The position numbers were made by a program, and so were the translations under genes. From Anaeromyxobacteraceae bacterium (GTDB lineage: Bacteria; Myxococcota; Myxococcia; Myxococcales; Anaeromyxobacteraceae), in NCBI GenBank assembly GCA_032654565.1, contig JAULAX010000013.1, forward strand, positions 96,001-160,000: a DNA stretch of 64,000 nt. The letters run 5' to 3'. Each line of letters begins with the position of its first letter. The first letter of the stretch is position 1. Positions 42,657 to 52,497 of the stretch are shown here, piece after piece. The notes beneath the pieces were generated by a model that saw only the letters and a program-made list of their open reading frames with translations, did not search any database and was not told where the DNA came from.

Positions 42657-45134
42657 TTACGGCGAAAGATGACGAGTGATCCCGTCGATGATTCCACGCA
42701 GCGCGTCAGGCTCGGCGCCACGATCCAGTCGACCATTGCGGTCGACGATGGCGCCGGTCGACAGCAGCCAATCGACTGAATTCTCAAGCGTGGCCTTGGA
42801 GAGCGCCTCGCGCAGCGCCACCCGGCCGGAGAGGAAATCGGCGCGGCCGCGCTCCAGGCACTGGTTGACCAGCGCCTTCCTGTCGAGCGCGTGACGCGCC
42901 GCGTCGCCGAGAAGCCGATCGCTGGTCTCGGCCGCCAGCCGGTAGGCCTCGAGGTAGGGGCGGAGGAACTCGGCGAGGAACTCCACCGGCTCGCGCGCCG
43001 CGCCCAGCCGGATCCGGTCTCCCTCCACCTCCACCGCGCCGAGCCGCTGCAGGAAGGCGACGTTCTGGTCGAAGATCTCCAGCAGCGAGAGCCCCGGCTC
43101 GTACATGAACTCCAGCTTGAGGAGGCGGGAGAGCCAGGCGGCCCGGGACAGCACCTCGGCGCGCGAGCCCTCGCCGACCAGCAGCGCCGCCGAGGCGATG
43201 GCCGGGGCCACGAAGCGGTGGAGCACGGCGTTGCGGTGGTAGTCGAGCACCGGCCGCTTCTCGTCGACCACCCGGTAGATGGTCTCCCCGGCGGCGGTGT
43301 CGGTGGTCACCTGGCCGCTGGCCACCAGCCGGCGCACCGCGTCCTGGATGGGCCCGGGGTGGAGCGGGTCGCTGCTGGTGCCGGCCAGCCCGCGCCCGAA
43401 GCGGGCCCCGCCCCCCTCGGCGGCGATGAAGCGCAGCAGCTCCACCCGCCGCGCCAGCTCCGGCGCCGGCAGCCCGCGCCGGGTGTGCGAGAGCAGCGCC
43501 GCCGAGACCAGCCCGACCGGCGTGATGGTGACCGCCCGGCCGATGCCGAAGGCGATGCGGGTGGCGGTGGCCTGCACCAGCTGCCGCCGGGCCTCGGGAT
43601 CGGTGGCCAGGGTGGCGGCGCGGGCGCCGAGCCGGGCCTGGGCCACCGCCCGGAGCGACACCGGCTCCTCGAACTGCACGTAGAGCCGCTCGTAGCGCCG
43701 GAAGAGGACGGCGAAGGAGCCCAGCAGGCCGCGCAGGTTCTCCTTGGGCTTCTCGCCGCCGGAGAGCTCGCGCAGGTAGGCCGAGGCCTCGATGAGCTTC
43801 TCGTAGTCGATGGAGACCGGCACGAAGAGGACGTCCTCGGCGGCGCCGTCCAGCCAGGCGTCCACCTCCATGGAGACCAGCCCCATCTTGGGGAAGAGCA
43901 GCTTGCCGGTGCGGCTGCGCCCGCCCTCGATGTAGAACTCCTGGGGGAACTTGTCGCGCAGCAGCTGCTTGACGTAGGCGCGCAGCACCGCGGCGTAGAC
44001 CCGGTCCCCCTTGACCTGGCGCCGGATGAAGAAGGCGCCGCCGCGGCGGAAGAAGGGGCCGGCCGGCCAGAAGGAGAGGTTGATGCCGGCGGCGATGTGC
44101 GGCGCCATCATCCCGTGCTCGTAGAGGAGCCAGGAGATGACCAGGAAGTCGACGTAGCTCTTGTGGCTGGGGCAGATGACCACCGGCGCGGTGGCGGCGG
44201 CGCGCTTGACCCGCCCCAGGCCGTCCTCGTCGATCTCCAGCGAGTCGTAGAGCTTGGCGAAGAGCCCCTTGAGCACCGGCCGGGCCACCGCCACCACCTT
44301 GGGATCGTAGTTGCTGGCCAGCTCGTCGAGGCAGCGCGCCGCCTCGGCGTGCAGCCCCTCCACCGGCTGCCCGGTCTCGGCCGCCAGCTCCTCGAGGCGG
44401 GAGCGCAGGGTCCGGTCGCGGAGCACCCGGGCCTTGACCCGCCCCGGCCCCTTGAGCGGCGGGCCCACCGCCGCCCGCAGCTCGCGCGAGAGGTGCTGCA
44501 GCACGGCGCCGCGGGCCCCGCGCGCCACCGAGAGGTTGGAGCCGCCGGGCTGGGCGGCCAGCCGCTCGCGCAGGTCGACGGCCGTGCCCACCGAGAGGAA
44601 GCAGTGGCGGAAGTTGCGGAAGAAGGCGACGGCGTTGGCGATGGCGTTGGGGGAGTCTGGGGTGCCGAAGAGCACGTCCCAGATCGAGCCCTTCAGCCGC
44701 TGCGCCCGTCGGCTCCAGAGCAGCAGCACCGGGACCAGGAAGATGGGGCGGGCCAGCGACCGCTGCATGCGGACCAGGTGGGCCAGCGGTCCGGCCTCGG
44801 TGGAGCGGTCGGCCAGGAAGACCACGCTGGAGCGCCCGGCGCCCACCGCCTCCTCGAGCGCGCGGCGGGTGCGCCGGATGCGGGAGATGGCGCCGGCCAG
44901 CCCGGTGTAGCCCTGGGCGGCCTGCAGCGGGGGCAGGCCGTGGCGGCGCAGCAGCCAGCGCAGGTAGAGGAAGTTGAGCAGCCCGGACCGCCGCATCACG
45001 AAGACCAGGCTGCCGCGGGCCGCCAGCGCCGCCAGCTCGGCCGGGGCGTCGGGCGGGACCCGGACCGGCTGGAAGAGCCGCTCCATCCCCCGGGGCTCGG
45101 GCGCGGCCTTCGGGGTGGGTGGCGAGCGGTCCAT
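42657..45134 (-). CDS. plsB: Glycerol-3-phosphate acyltransferase, PlsB-like
   Basis: PSHKSYVDF (HxxxxD), AAGINLSF, GAFFIRR, YIEGGRSRTGK. Confidence 0.82.
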   Translation of the reverse strand: MDRSPPTPKAAPEPRGMERLFQPVRVPPDAPAELAALAARGSLVFVMRRSGLLNFLYLRWLLRRHGLPPLQAAQGYTGLAGAISRIRRTRRALEEAVGAGRSSVVFLADRSTEAGPLAHLVRMQRSLARPIFLVPVLLLWSRRAQRLKGSIWDVLFGTPDSPNAIANAVAFFRNFRHCFLSVGTAVDLRERLAAQPGGSNLSVARGARGAVLQHLSRELRAAVGPPLKGPGRVKARVLRDRTLRSRLEELAAETGQPVEGLHAEAARCLDELASNYDPKVVAVARPVLKGLFAKLYDSLEIDEDGLGRVKRAAATAPVVICPSHKSYVDFLVISWLLYEHGMMAPHIAAGINLSFWPAGPFFRRGGAFFIRRQVKGDRVYAAVLRAYVKQLLRDKFPQEFYIEGGRSRTGKLLFPKMGLVSMEVDAWLDGAAEDVLFVPVSIDYEKLIEASAYLRELSGGEKPKENLRGLLGSFAVLFRRYERLYVQFEEPVSLRAVAQARLGARAATLATDPEARRQLVQATATRIAFGIGRAVTITPVGLVSAALLSHTRRGLPAPELARRVELLRFIAAEGGGARFGRGLAGTSSDPLHPGPIQDAVRRLVASGQVTTDTAAGETIYRVVDEKRPVLDYHRNAVLHRFVAPAIASAALLVGEGSRAEVLSRAAWLSRLLKLEFMYEPGLSLLEIFDQNVAFLQRLGAVEVEGDRIRLGAAREPVEFLAEFLRPYLEAYRLAAETSDRLLGDAARHALDRKALVNQCLERGRADFLSGRVALREALSKATLENSVDWLLSTGAIVDRNGRLDRGAEPDALRGIIDGITRHLSP

Positions 45135-45139
45135 GTGGC

Positions 45140-45889
45140 TCAGCCGTGCCGCTTCACCACGCCGTCCTTGTCGAGGTACCAGGGCTCCACCAGCAGGGCC
45201 TCCACCGAGGGCCGGTACCCCTTGACGTCGGCCCCCAGCCGGTGGAGCGCCGCCAGCACCTCGCCGCGGACCCGGGCGTTGCCGGCGTCGCGGACCAGCA
45301 GCTCGATGAGCGCCGCGCGCGAGGGCTCGGAGAGCGGCAGCCCGGCCAGGGCCCGGGCGGCGCTGATGCGGACGTCGTCGGAGAAGTCCTCGAGCATGGC
45401 CCGCAGCACCCCGTCGAGGCCGGCGGCCTCGGCGCCGTCATGGTGCTCGCTGACCCAGGCCAGCAGCGTCAGCTTCTTCTCCGGGTCGCGGGTGTAGACG
45501 GTGGAGAGCCGGGTCAGCTCGGCCACCACCACGTCGAGCACCGCCTCCGGCGTGGTCACCGCCGCCAGGGCCCGCAGCCCCCAGGCGATCCCGGTCTCCT
45601 GCTCCCGGATGAACTCGGTGACCGGCCCGACGGCGTCGCCCCCGGCGTCGACGAGGTGGCCGTGGACCGCCTCCTTCTCCTCCTGGTCGGTGATGCCCGG
45701 GTCGGAGAGCAGGGTGAAGCGCAGGCAGAGGGTCTTGAGCGCGCCAGGCGACCCGAGGGCGGCCAGCACCTCGATCCCGCCCATGCGGTTCTCGGACGGG
45801 CCGTACTTCTCGGTCACCTTGCGCGCCAGCTTCTTGAGCTGGGACTGCTCCCGCTCGCTGGCCGATCCAAACAGATCAAAGATGCCCAT
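45140..45889 (-). CDS. HEAT-repeat protein
   Basis: GGAGG RBS; alpha-solenoid patterns LEDFSDDVRISAARAL, NARVRGEVLAAL. Confidence 0.75.
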   Translation of the reverse strand: MGIFDLFGSASEREQSQLKKLARKVTEKYGPSENRMGGIEVLAALGSPGALKTLCLRFTLLSDPGITDQEEKEAVHGHLVDAGGDAVGPVTEFIREQETGIAWGLRALAAVTTPEAVLDVVVAELTRLSTVYTRDPEKKLTLLAWVSEHHDGAEAAGLDGVLRAMLEDFSDDVRISAARALAGLPLSEPSRAALIELLVRDAGNARVRGEVLAALHRLGADVKGYRPSVEALLVEPWYLDKDGVVKRHG

Positions 45890-45937
45890 CCAACCTCCCG
45901 CCGCGCCGGGTCGAACGACCGGGCGGCGCGCGTGGTT

Positions 45938-46912
45938 CTACAACGAGATGCCCGCCCGTGGATCCCCCTTGTAGAGCGGGCCGAGCGCCTTGACCGCCTC
46001 GGAGAGCGCCGGACCGGCCTCCGGGAGCACCAGCTTGACCACCGCGTAGAGGTCGCCGCGCGGGCCGCCGCGCAGGTCGGGGAGCCCCTGGCCGCGCAGC
46101 CGGATCTGCTTCCCCGACGGGGTCCCGGCGCCGACGGTGAAGCGCACCTTCCCCTCGAAGGTGGGCAGATCCACCTCGGCCCCGTTCACCACCTCGGGCA
46201 CGGTGAGGGGGAGGTCGAGGTAGAGATCCTTCCCCTCGACGCGCACCAGCGGGTGGGGGCGGAGCCGGACCCGCAGCAGCAGGTCGCCGTCGGGGCCGCC
46301 GTGGGTCCCGGGCCCGCCCTGGCCGGCGAGGCGGATGCGGGCGCCCTCGGCGGTGCCCGGCTTGATGGTGACCCGCAGGGTGCGGGCCCCGAGCCGCACG
46401 TCGCGCTCGGCTCCCACCACGGCGTCGCGGAGCTCCAGCTCCAGGTCGGCCTCGAGGTCGTCGCCGGGGCGGGGCTCGGCGCGGCGTCCCGGGCCGTGGC
46501 CGGGGCCGGCGCGCCCGCGCCCCTGCTGGCCGAAGATGGTCTCGAAGATGGAGCCGAAGTCGACCGGGCCGTACCCCTCGACGTTGACCGACGAGAAGTC
46601 GCCGAAGTCGGAGGGCTGCCCGCCCGGCGGCCCGCCCGACCGGCGCCAGCGCCGGACCTCCTCGGCGCGCTTCTCGTCGAAGCCGGTGCGGAGCGAGTCC
46701 GGCCCGAACTCGTCGTAGAGGGCCCGGCGCTTCGGGTCGGAGAGCACCTCGGCGGCGGCCGCCGCCTCGCGGAAGCGCTCCACCGCCCCCTTGTTCCCGG
46801 GGTTGACGTCGGGGTGGTGCTGCCGGGCCAGCTTGCGGTAGGCCTTCTTGATCTCCTCCGGGGTCGCCGTGCGGGGGACGCCGAGGATCTGGTAGAGGTC
46901 GCGCTGGGCCAC
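45938..46912 (-). CDS. DnaJ-class co-chaperone without zinc finger (CbpA-like)
   Basis: J-domain DLYQILGV...HPDVNP, G/F-rich region, C-terminal GDL motifs, no CxxCxGxG. Confidence 0.9.
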   Translation of the reverse strand: MAQRDLYQILGVPRTATPEEIKKAYRKLARQHHPDVNPGNKGAVERFREAAAAAEVLSDPKRRALYDEFGPDSLRTGFDEKRAEEVRRWRRSGGPPGGQPSDFGDFSSVNVEGYGPVDFGSIFETIFGQQGRGRAGPGHGPGRRAEPRPGDDLEADLELELRDAVVGAERDVRLGARTLRVTIKPGTAEGARIRLAGQGGPGTHGGPDGDLLLRVRLRPHPLVRVEGKDLYLDLPLTVPEVVNGAEVDLPTFEGKVRFTVGAGTPSGKQIRLRGQGLPDLRGGPRGDLYAVVKLVLPEAGPALSEAVKALGPLYKGDPRAGISL

Positions 46913-46984
46913 ACCGGCAAGGTAACGCGTCGTGGCGGCGCGTCAATGGCCGACACCGGGGCCGACCTGGATTAGCATGGCGCC

Positions 46985-47656
46985 ATGCTCGCCCCAGGCC
47001 TGCTGCTGCTGCTCGCCGCCGCCCCGCTGGCCCGCCCCGCCAACGCGGGCGAGGTGCTGGAGCGGGTGGTGGCGGTGGTCCGCAACCCCGCCAGCGCCGC
47101 CCCGCGGCCGCTGACGCTGACCCGGCTCGACGAGGAGGCGCGGGTGACGCTGGTCTCGCAGGGGGCCATGCAGGCCGCCTTCGCCCCCCTCGACACCGCG
47201 GCCCGCCGGGCGGCGCTGCGCTGGCTCCTCGACCAGTGGCTGGTGGCCGACGAGGCGGCGCGGCTCAAGGTGGACGAGGTGCCGCGCCAGGAGGTCCAGG
47301 GGGCGCTCGAGGCCTTCCGGCGGCGCTTCGCCAGCGAGGGGGAGTACCGCCGCTTCCTCGCCACGCTGGAGCTGCAGGAGGAGGAGCTGGCCACCATCCT
47401 GGGGCGGGGGCTGCGGGTGCAGCGCTTCATCGACAGCCGGCTGGGGCGCAGCTCCCGGGTCAGCGAGGACGAGGTCTCGCGCTGGCTGGCGGGGCAGGGG
47501 ACGCTGGCCCCGACCCCGGCGGAGCGGGACGCGGCGCGGGTCCGGGTGGCGGCGGAGCGGGCCCAGGGGCAGGTGAAGCAGCTCCTCGCCGAGCTGCGAT
47601 CCCGGGCCGACATCCGCGTGCTGGTGCCGGAGCTGCGCGAGGAGCCGGCCCGGTGA
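46985..47656 (+). CDS. Secreted protein resembling the SurA N-terminal domain
   Basis: Signal peptide; EVLERVVAVV start and L.ELRSRADIR end typical of SurA-like cores; no PPIase domain. Confidence 0.6.
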   Translation: MLAPGLLLLLAAAPLARPANAGEVLERVVAVVRNPASAAPRPLTLTRLDEEARVTLVSQGAMQAAFAPLDTAARRAALRWLLDQWLVADEAARLKVDEVPRQEVQGALEAFRRRFASEGEYRRFLATLELQEEELATILGRGLRVQRFIDSRLGRSSRVSEDEVSRWLAGQGTLAPTPAERDAARVRVAAERAQGQVKQLLAELRSRADIRVLVPELREEPAR

Positions 47657-48138
47657 GCGGAGCCGGCGCCCTGCGCTTCCGGCCGGTGGTGGAGGCCGAC
47701 CTGCCGCGGATCATGGAGATCGAGGCGGCCGGCTTCCCCCACCCCTGGTCGGAGGCGCTGCTCCGCAACGAGCTGGGCCACGCCTGGTCCCACCTGCTGG
47801 CGGCGGTGGCGCCGGTGGCGCCGGTGGCCGCGGGCGGCGAGCGGATCCTCGGGTACATCATCTTCTGGATGGTCCACGACGAGGTGCACGTCCTCAACGT
47901 CGGCACCGCCCCCGAGGCCCGCCGGCGCGGGGTGGGGCGGGCGCTGATGGACCAGGCGGCGGCCATCGGGCGGGGGAAGGGGGGGCGGCTCTCGACGCTG
48001 GAGGTGCGCCGCTCCAACGCCCCGGCCATCGCCCTCTACCGCGCCCTCGGCTACCGGGAGGTGGGGGTGCGGCCGCGCTACTACGCCGAGGAGAACGAGG
48101 ACGCGATCGTCATGACCCTGGAGTTCGATCCGCGGTAG
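47653..48138 (+). CDS. rimI: Ribosomal-protein-alanine N-acetyltransferase
   Basis: F.HPWS, DEVHVLNV, RRRGVGRALM, LEVRRSN..AI.LY, R.RYY...EDA.VM. Confidence 0.9.
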   Translation: MSGAGALRFRPVVEADLPRIMEIEAAGFPHPWSEALLRNELGHAWSHLLAAVAPVAPVAAGGERILGYIIFWMVHDEVHVLNVGTAPEARRRGVGRALMDQAAAIGRGKGGRLSTLEVRRSNAPAIALYRALGYREVGVRPRYYAEENEDAIVMTLEFDPR

Positions 48139-48149
48139 ACCGTTGGCCC

Positions 48150-49247
48150 ATGCGCTGGCGCCTGCTCCGCTGGATCCTCTTCCGCTTCGACCCCGAGACC
48201 ATCCACCGCCTGGCCCATCGCCTGCTGCGGCTGGTGCCGCCGGCGCTGGCCCGGTGGCGGCGGCCCCGCCCGGACCCGCGGCTGCGGGTGCGCTGCCTGG
48301 GGCTGGAGTTCGACAGCCCCATCGGCCTGGCGGCCGGCTTCGACAAGGGGGACGTCGCGGTGGCGGCGCTGCTGGGCATGGGCTTCTCCCACCTGGAGAT
48401 CGGCACCATCACCCCCCGGCCGCAGGCCGGCAACGAGCGGCCGCGCATCTTCCGGCTGCCGGAGCACCGGGCCCTGATCAACCGGATGGGGTTCAACAAC
48501 GAGGGGGCGGCGGCCTGCGCGGCCCGGCTGGCGGCGCTGGACCCGGCGGCCCGCACCGGGCGGGTCGGGATCAACGTCGGCAAGAATAAGGCGACGCCCA
48601 ACGAGCAGGCGGTGGACGACTACCTGGCCTGCCTCGAGGCGCTGCACGGGTACGCCGACTACCTGGTGGTCAACATCTCCTCGCCCAACACGCCGGGGCT
48701 GCGCCAGCTGCAGGAGCGCGACGCCCTCGACCGGCTGCTGCGGGCCTGCGTGGCCCGGCTGAAGGCGCTGGCCCCCGGCAAGGGGCTGGTGGTCAAGCTG
48801 GCCCCCGACCTCGAGCCCGAGGCGCTCGACGAGGCGGTCGACGTGGCCATCGCCGCCGGGGTGGCCGCCATCGCCGCCACCAACACCACGCTCTCCCGGG
48901 CCGGGGTGGAGGGTCACCCGCGGGCCGGTGAGGCGGGGGGCCTCTCCGGGGCGCCGCTCACCGACCGGTCGACCGAGGTGATCCGGCGGGTGGCGGCCCG
49001 CGCCGCCGGCCGCGTCCCCGTCATCGGCTCGGGTGGGGTGATGTCGGCCGAGGACGCCTGGGCCAAGCTCCGGGCCGGGGCGACGCTGGTTCAGGTCTAC
49101 ACCGGCTTCATCTACGGCGGGCCCGGGTTTGCCTCGGAGCTCAACGCCGGGCTCTGCAGGTTGATGGAGCGGGACGGCTTCGGGTCGATCGAGGAGGCCA
49201 TCGGGGCGGACCAGAAGGGGCGTCCCTGCGACAACGCGTCGCGTTAG
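48150..49247 (+). CDS. pyrD: Quinone-dependent dihydroorotate dehydrogenase
   Basis: GLAAGFDK, QAGNERPRIFRL, INRMGFNN, NISSPNTPGLR, KLAPD, GGLSG. Confidence 0.95.
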   Translation: MRWRLLRWILFRFDPETIHRLAHRLLRLVPPALARWRRPRPDPRLRVRCLGLEFDSPIGLAAGFDKGDVAVAALLGMGFSHLEIGTITPRPQAGNERPRIFRLPEHRALINRMGFNNEGAAACAARLAALDPAARTGRVGINVGKNKATPNEQAVDDYLACLEALHGYADYLVVNISSPNTPGLRQLQERDALDRLLRACVARLKALAPGKGLVVKLAPDLEPEALDEAVDVAIAAGVAAIAATNTTLSRAGVEGHPRAGEAGGLSGAPLTDRSTEVIRRVAARAAGRVPVIGSGGVMSAEDAWAKLRAGATLVQVYTGFIYGGPGFASELNAGLCRLMERDGFGSIEEAIGADQKGRPCDNASR

Positions 49248-49333
49248 ATTGACGCGACGCAGCAGAGAGAGCAAGCTTCCGCCCCTGCTGGTCGTGGCGG
49301 CCTTCCGTCGCCAGACCTAGAGCGGGGGACGAC

Positions 49334-49753
49334 ATGGGCGACACGCGCAAGAGCAGCGGCACCGGCAACGTCAAGGTTCAGGAACTGCTGAAGGAACTGG
49401 CCAAGAAGGGGAAGGCCGGCCGCAAGGAGGTCGAGGCGATCATCGAGAAGGTGGTGGCCGAGGCCAAGGTGGACGCAAGGCTGGCCGACCTCCGCGGCAA
49501 GGTGGAGCTGCTCCAGAAGACCGGCCTGGAGCGGACCAAGATGTGGCGTGGCAAGGCCGATTCCTTCCGTGCCGACGCGCTGGAGCGTATGGTCGATATC
49601 CAGGGGAAGGTCGTGTCGTTTCTGGGGGTTGCGACCCGGGAGCAGGTCGAGGAGCTGCACCATGAGCTCGAGCGGCTTGCCAAGCGGGTCGAGAGCGGGC
49701 AAAAGGCCCGGCCGGCCAGGAAGGCCGCGCCCAAGGGGGAGGGGAAGGCATGA
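49334..49753 (+). CDS. Helical protein, possibly phasin-like (PhaF/PhaI type)
   Basis: LGVATREQVEELHHELERLAKRVE C-terminal motif and Lys/Ala/Pro tail; TTGACG-N17-CAAGCT upstream at 49249-49277. Confidence 0.55.
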   Translation: MGDTRKSSGTGNVKVQELLKELAKKGKAGRKEVEAIIEKVVAEAKVDARLADLRGKVELLQKTGLERTKMWRGKADSFRADALERMVDIQGKVVSFLGVATREQVEELHHELERLAKRVESGQKARPARKAAPKGEGKA

Positions 49754-49808
49754 GCGAAGTCCGGGGGGATTCCGCGACGGTGTGGGCTGAAGGCCGCGCC
49801 GGCGTGGG

Positions 49809-50516
49809 ATGTCGATCGACGTGATCGGCTCGACCGTCAGGGGGGCGGTCCGGTTCGGTCTGGCGGCGGTCATCGGCGTGGCCGCCCTGGCCACGCCGGG
49901 GAACCTCTCCGACCAGGCCCGGAAGCGCCGTCCCGCCGAGCCGGAGCTGGGAGCCTGCCTCGCCGCCGGCTGCCCCGCTGCGCTCCACGAGCGGCAGGTG
50001 GCCCGGATCGAGGACTACCTCTTCGTCAGGATGCCCGGGCTCGACCCGGCGCTGCACGAAGACCTGGCCCGGGCCATCCTCACCGAGGCCGAGGCGGTCC
50101 AGGTCGACCCGCTGCTGGTGCTGGCGGTCATCGAGGTCGAGTCGCGGTACGACCCGGCGGCGGTGAGCGGCGCCGGGGCGCTCGGGCTGATGCAGCTGCT
50201 CCCCGGGACCATGCAGCGGGAGGCCGGTGAGCTGGGGCTGGACGCCAGCGACCCGCACCACCCGGTGGCCAACGTCCGGGCCGGCGTGCGCTACCTGCAC
50301 CGCTGCCTGGAGAGCTACCCGGACCAGGACGTGGCGCTGATGGCCTACAACGCCGGCCCCAACCGGCTCTACGGCTGGATCCAGGCCGGGTCGGTCCCCG
50401 CCGAGGTGGTGGGGTACGCCCGGCGGGTGCTGGCCGAGCATCGCCGGCTGCGACGCGCCCTGCCCGACGAGCCGGGCCCGCGCTTCGCCGTGGCGAGCGG
50501 CCCGCTGGGCGGCTGA
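49809..50516 (+). CDS. Lytic transglycosylase (SLT domain)
   Basis: LVLAVIEVESRY, AVSGAGALGLMQL, ALMAYNAGP. Confidence 0.88.
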   Translation: MSIDVIGSTVRGAVRFGLAAVIGVAALATPGNLSDQARKRRPAEPELGACLAAGCPAALHERQVARIEDYLFVRMPGLDPALHEDLARAILTEAEAVQVDPLLVLAVIEVESRYDPAAVSGAGALGLMQLLPGTMQREAGELGLDASDPHHPVANVRAGVRYLHRCLESYPDQDVALMAYNAGPNRLYGWIQAGSVPAEVVGYARRVLAEHRRLRRALPDEPGPRFAVASGPLGG

Positions 50517-51148
50517 TGCGGGTCACCGAGATCTTCCAGAGCATCCAGGGGGAAGGGACCCGGGCGGGCCGGCCCTGCGCCTTCGTGCGCTTCACCGGGT
50601 GCGACCTGCGCTGCACCTGGTGCGACAGCGCCTACGCCTTCCACGGCGGCGTCGAGCGGTCGCGAGCGTCGATCCTGGAGGAGCTGAACGCGATGCGGCT
50701 GCGCCACGTCTGCCTGACCGGGGGGGAGCCGCTGCTGCAGCCGGACCTGCCCGAGCTGTGCGGGGAGCTGCTGGCGGCCGGCTGGGAGGTGACCGTGGAG
50801 ACGCACGGCCAGCGCGACGCCGAGCGGCTGCCGCCCGGGGTGGTGAGGATCTTCGACGTCAAGCCGCCCGGATCGGGCGAGGAGACCCGCGACTTCGGCT
50901 ACCTGGAGCGGCTGCGGCCGGGCGACGAGGTGAAGTTCGTGGTGGCCTCGGCGGAGGACTTCGCCTGGTCGGTCGAGGTGGCCCGGCGTCATCACCTGCC
51001 GGGGCGGGCGGCCGTCCTCTTCTCGCCGGTTGTGCCGGCGGTGGAGCCGCGGGCGCTGGTGGCCTGGCTGCTGGCCTCCGGGATCGAGGCCCGCCTCTCC
51101 CTGCAGCTGCACAAGTACATCTGGGGTCCGGACGTCCACGGGGTCTGA
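50516..51148 (+). CDS. queE: 7-carboxy-7-deazaguanine synthase (radical SAM)
   Basis: EIFQSIQGEG, CDLRCTWCD, TGGEPLLQ, SLQLHKYIW. Confidence 0.9.
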   Translation: MRVTEIFQSIQGEGTRAGRPCAFVRFTGCDLRCTWCDSAYAFHGGVERSRASILEELNAMRLRHVCLTGGEPLLQPDLPELCGELLAAGWEVTVETHGQRDAERLPPGVVRIFDVKPPGSGEETRDFGYLERLRPGDEVKFVVASAEDFAWSVEVARRHHLPGRAAVLFSPVVPAVEPRALVAWLLASGIEARLSLQLHKYIWGPDVHGV

Positions 51149-51224
51149 GGCGCCGGTCGCCCGGGCCAGGCGGGGCGGAAGGTTCCGGCCCCCTCGGGAG
51201 TTACCCTGTCGAGGTCCCTCGATG

Positions 51225-51299
51225 ACTCTGGGACGGGCCACAACTACTCTGGGACGGGAAGGGACTGCCTTGACGCGGCACGTCTCCAGTTGCTAGAAA
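51225..51299 (+). promoter_or_regulatory. Tandem 13-bp direct repeat plus putative sigma70 promoter of the tgl operon
   Basis: ACTCTGGGACGGG at 51225-51237 and 51246-51258; TTGACG (51270)-N18-TAGAAA (51294). Confidence 0.55.
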
Positions 51300-51308
51300 C
51301 GCCAACAG

Positions 51309-51986
51309 ATGCGCTCACTTGCCATTCTTCTCGCCGCCGTGGCCCTCGCCGGCCCCTCGCCAACCCTGGCGGGGCCCGGGGTCACGCTCAACGGCGTGAG
51401 CATCGCCGGCGTGTCCAACCAGAAGTTCGAGAACGTCACCGTGGTCATCGACGCCCAGGGCAACCTGGACATCCAGGCCAAGGGCTACGCCGCCCGGGTG
51501 GCCGGGGCCACGCCGCCCGCCGCACCGCCCCCGGCCTCGCCGCCGCCCGCCGCGCCGCCGCCCGCCGCGCCGCCGCCCGCCGGGTCGGGGACGGTGGCCA
51601 GCGCCCCCGCCGCCGCCAACGGCCGCCTGGCCCGCCGCTACTTCCTCGCCACCGAGCAGAGCCAGCCCGACGCCACCCAGTACGACGTCGAGGTCTTCAT
51701 CAACGCCAGCTGGATCCGGGTGGTGAAGTCCACCGACCCCCAGGTGGTCACCGAGATCACCCGCTACCTGCGCCCCGGCACCAACAAGGTGACGCTCTCC
51801 TGCACCAAGCGGCTGCAGGGCGTGGAGCGGCGCAACTACGGCGCCGAGGTGACGCTCAAGGTGGTGGTGGGGGCGGGGAACGTCGGCGGCGACCACGTCA
51901 TGATCGACGACCCGCTGGCGGTGATGACGCGCACCGCCGCCGAGGTGGATGACAAGGTGGAGGAGTTCGTCTTCGAAGCGCGGTAG
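51309..51986 (+). CDS. Hypothetical secreted protein with Pro/Ala linker
   Basis: Signal peptide; two beta-rich domains separated by PPPAA repeats. Confidence 0.75.
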   Translation: MRSLAILLAAVALAGPSPTLAGPGVTLNGVSIAGVSNQKFENVTVVIDAQGNLDIQAKGYAARVAGATPPAAPPPASPPPAAPPPAAPPPAGSGTVASAPAAANGRLARRYFLATEQSQPDATQYDVEVFINASWIRVVKSTDPQVVTEITRYLRPGTNKVTLSCTKRLQGVERRNYGAEVTLKVVVGAGNVGGDHVMIDDPLAVMTRTAAEVDDKVEEFVFEAR

Positions 51987-52019
51987 TCTCGTCAGGCACG
52001 TTCGTTGGGGGGTGGCCGC

Positions 52020-52487
52020 GTGTTCACGCCGGAGCCGAGCATCCAGTTCGTCCCCTCCACCCGCGAGCAGGTGGTGGCCATCATCGAGGCCATCAACCAG
52101 CCGCAGATCTCCATCCCCGGCAAGGAGCCGCAGGCGGTCCAGGGGGTGCTCTGCAGCCTGCGCAACGCCAACGGCAGCTTCTCCATCGTGGTGGCGCTCC
52201 ACCTGCCGCGCACCGGCGAGAACGTCATCTACCTCCACGAGAAGCGACAGCTCTCCGCCGAGGAGTATCGCGAGGTGCAGGACGCCGGGCTCCACTTCCT
52301 CGAGTCGATGGGCTTCATGCTCGACAACCTCAACTTCAGGAACATGACCCCGGCGCTCCAGGACGAGACCATGAAGCGGCTGCCGCTCTTCTCCCCGGCC
52401 CGCCCTCCCGGGGCCGCCGTCACCACCGCCGAGCAGGGGGCCGCCGCCGGGACGCTCCGGGTGGCCCGGCTCCTCTCCTCCTTCTGA
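52020..52487 (+). CDS. Conserved hypothetical protein preceding tgl
   Basis: Strong coding bias; FLESMGFMLDNLNF motif; operonic with tgl. Confidence 0.72.
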   Translation: MFTPEPSIQFVPSTREQVVAIIEAINQPQISIPGKEPQAVQGVLCSLRNANGSFSIVVALHLPRTGENVIYLHEKRQLSAEEYREVQDAGLHFLESMGFMLDNLNFRNMTPALQDETMKRLPLFSPARPPGAAVTTAEQGAAAGTLRVARLLSSF

Positions 52488-52497
52488 ACGGATCGAC

